Source: Anthoceros angustus (taxonomy: Eukaryota > Plantae > Anthocerotophyta). Taken from it: a stretch of 64,000 bases of DNA. Position 1 is the first letter of the stretch, and every line of letters begins with the position of its first letter. Under the pieces are notes generated by a model. It searched no databases. It was not told the DNA's origin and worked only from the letters and a program-made list of their open reading frames with translations. The DNA lies in assembly GCA_010909165.1 (NCBI GenBank), contig MU008171.1, forward strand, positions 992,001 to 1,056,000, in the 5' to 3' direction. Both the position numbers and the translations under genes were made by a program. Positions 61,894 through 64,000 of this stretch are shown here, in pieces.

Positions 61894-62983
61894 ATGCCCA
61901 CCGCCATGGCACCCCGGTCTGCCGCGCTGCTCCTTGTGGGCTGTGTGCTTTACAGCGTCATGACTGCTCCCAGTGCGCGGGCGGATCCCGACCCTCTCAC
62001 CGACTTCCAGGCCGGAGTGGAGGAGTTCGTGTTTCGCGATTTGTACAAAAACACGGGTGTGAAGGGACCCGGCGGCATCCGCGCTGACCTCCCTGTCGCC
62101 AAGTTCCCTGCCCTCCAGTATGTTTGCCACAATTTCCTGCATTTCGTGTTTGATGGAATTACGGCATGTGGACGGATCGCGCGAGCTGGTGGCAGATCTG
62201 CTGGTACTCAGAACTAACATAATATTTGCTGTATTATGTGTGTTATGCAGGTCACAGGGAATCACCGTTGTCAGATTCAAGCTGGTCCCGTGCGGTGAGA
62301 ACTTGCCGCACACGCACCCTCGGGCAACAGAGCTTCTTTGTTGTCGGGTGGACCACTCCAAGTTGGCTTTGTCGACACCAATGGTGCGCACATTTGCATT
62401 GGCTTTCGTGTACATCTCTGTTGATCATGGATCAATCAATGGTAGTATGCATGCGCGCACGATTTCCAGTCTGCTCATATGGGTCATGCATGAATTCCCG
62501 TGGCAGGAACGGCTCACATCAGCATCCTGAATCCTGGCGACGTCGCCCTCTTCCCTCGGGGATTGCTGCATTTTGAGTTAAATGTGGGAACCGAGGAGGC
62601 AGAATTCATTTCGTCACTCAACAGCCAGAACCCTGGCTCTCTGGTAGGAAATCTTCCATAACCTTCAGGGCTGCGCCTCTCCTTTCTCACTTGCGCACAC
62701 TAGTTTGTACAGTTTGAGATGGGTGTGAGTTCAGATTTGGTACCAACGACGTCTAGCTCGTTCCTGACCGCTGCTTTTCCGTCCATTGAATCCTGTGTGT
62801 GTGCAGATCGCAGCTCAGGCTCTGTTCCAGTTGCCTTCTCGCAGCCTGGCCGTTGCCCTAAACCAGCCAGCCCACACTTTGAAGAAGATCAATAACACAC
62901 TGTACGACTACCATGCTCCAGCTGTGGAGACGTCCAGCAAGTCCGGCTGCGGTCCTGGCAAGGACATCACCACCTCCTTCTGA
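61894..62983 (+). CDS. Germin-like protein (cupin) copy D; exons 61894-62117, 62251-62383, 62507-62643, 62807-62983
   Basis: Signal peptide, DPDPLTDF, germin box [15 protein letters not shown], box 2 [13 protein letters not shown] and GT-AG introns. There is a single 1-nt frameshift near 62340. Confidence 0.9.
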
Positions 62984-62996
62984 GTGACGTGAGCAC

Positions 62997-64000
62997 TGTT
63001 AGAAAACAGTTAATTCCCAGGTTCAGTACATTAGAAATGGTGTGCTATGCATACATATATAGCCTTTGGCCTTGTCATACTCTCGATAGTATGAAACCCT
63101 ATCTCGCTCCTGGGATAATCCTATATACTTCTAGGACTTATACTCATAACTCTAATATGTGATGTGTTGCACCAATCCTATAGATTTCTAACACTCCCAC
63201 TCAACACATCGCTACTCTTTTAAGCCTAACATCTTGCTAAACTTAACGTGCTTCTCTAAAGTCAACCCTTTGGTCAAAACATCTGCAGCATGTCCAGTGG
63301 GACAATACGCTAGCTCTATCTCCTTGGATTGAACTTTCTCTCGATGAAGTGATGCTTTACTTCAATGTGTTTCGTCCTCGTGAAAAGTAGCATTCTTTGC
63401 TAAGTAAATGCAACCTTGATTGTCGTTGAAGATGGTTGTTGCACCCTTCCGCTTAAATCCCATTTCTTGAGCAATCGTAGCCATATTGCTTCCATTGTTG
63501 CGTGAGATATTGCCATGTACTCCGCTTCAGAGGACAAAGCCACGATGGTGGCGCCTACTACTCCATGAAATGGCTCCCCAAATAGCATAAATACATATCC
63601 TGGTAGACTTGCGCCATCGACATCTCCATTGTCAATCACAAAATCCAACCACAGGGCTTCTTCATGTCGATCCTTTTGGTATTTCAACTTCCAATGTTTT
63701 GTGCCGCGCAAGTATCCGAATATCCTCTTGATCGCTTGATAATCTTGTTGTCGAGGTTGGCCAAGAATCGACTCACAACTCCCACGCCTCGCAATGTCGG
63801 GCCTTGTCCCACATTGCCAAATATGTAAGACAACGCACGTTGATAGAGAGTCTTATCTATCTTCTCTTTCTCCTTTTCGGTTGTAGGGCTCATCTCCTGC
63901 GATAGCTTCTCATTGAAGATCATTGGCGTCTTCATGGGTTTGCAATCTTGCATGCCAAACGCTCCAATATGGTCTCCACATATGTTTGTTGGCTCAAAGA
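62997..64000 (-). mobile_element. Ty1/copia 3' end (RT C-terminus, RNase H, PPT, 3' LTR 62997-63193)
   Basis: MQDCKPMKTPM, GYVFML, ALSSEAEYMAISHATMEAIWLR, TKHIEVKHHFI, PPT gagtgggag. The 197-bp LTR has TGTTAGAA...TTCTAACA ends. Confidence 0.92.

Overview
This is eukaryotic plant nuclear DNA, probably from a non-seed plant (inferred from short introns and a cysteine-less germin type), and it is about 80% nested transposable elements. Frameshift-type errors are frequent and look like unpolished long-read consensus, so 'pseudogene' calls are provisional. The first nest is a Ty1/copia element (about 507-20368) split in its integrase by a 14.7-kb TIR transposon (2873-17609; GGG...CCC ends, ATGC target duplication). 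That transposon carries a Sola-type DDD transposase, a spliced RING-finger gene, two unknown ORFs and repeat arrays. The second nest is a related copia on the minus strand (48407 to about 29740), split in its protease motif by a 16.3-kb CACTA element (30309-46621, perfect 30-bp TIRs). The CACTA element carries most of an intron-containing DNA polymerase alpha gene. Both copia copies have a conserved extra ORF upstream of gag. Other TEs are a copia with TA...TA LTR ends inside an At3g06150-like pseudogene, two further copia fragments, and a degenerate region resembling a C5 DNA methyltransferase. Host genes are a secreted legume lectin and five germin-like loci.
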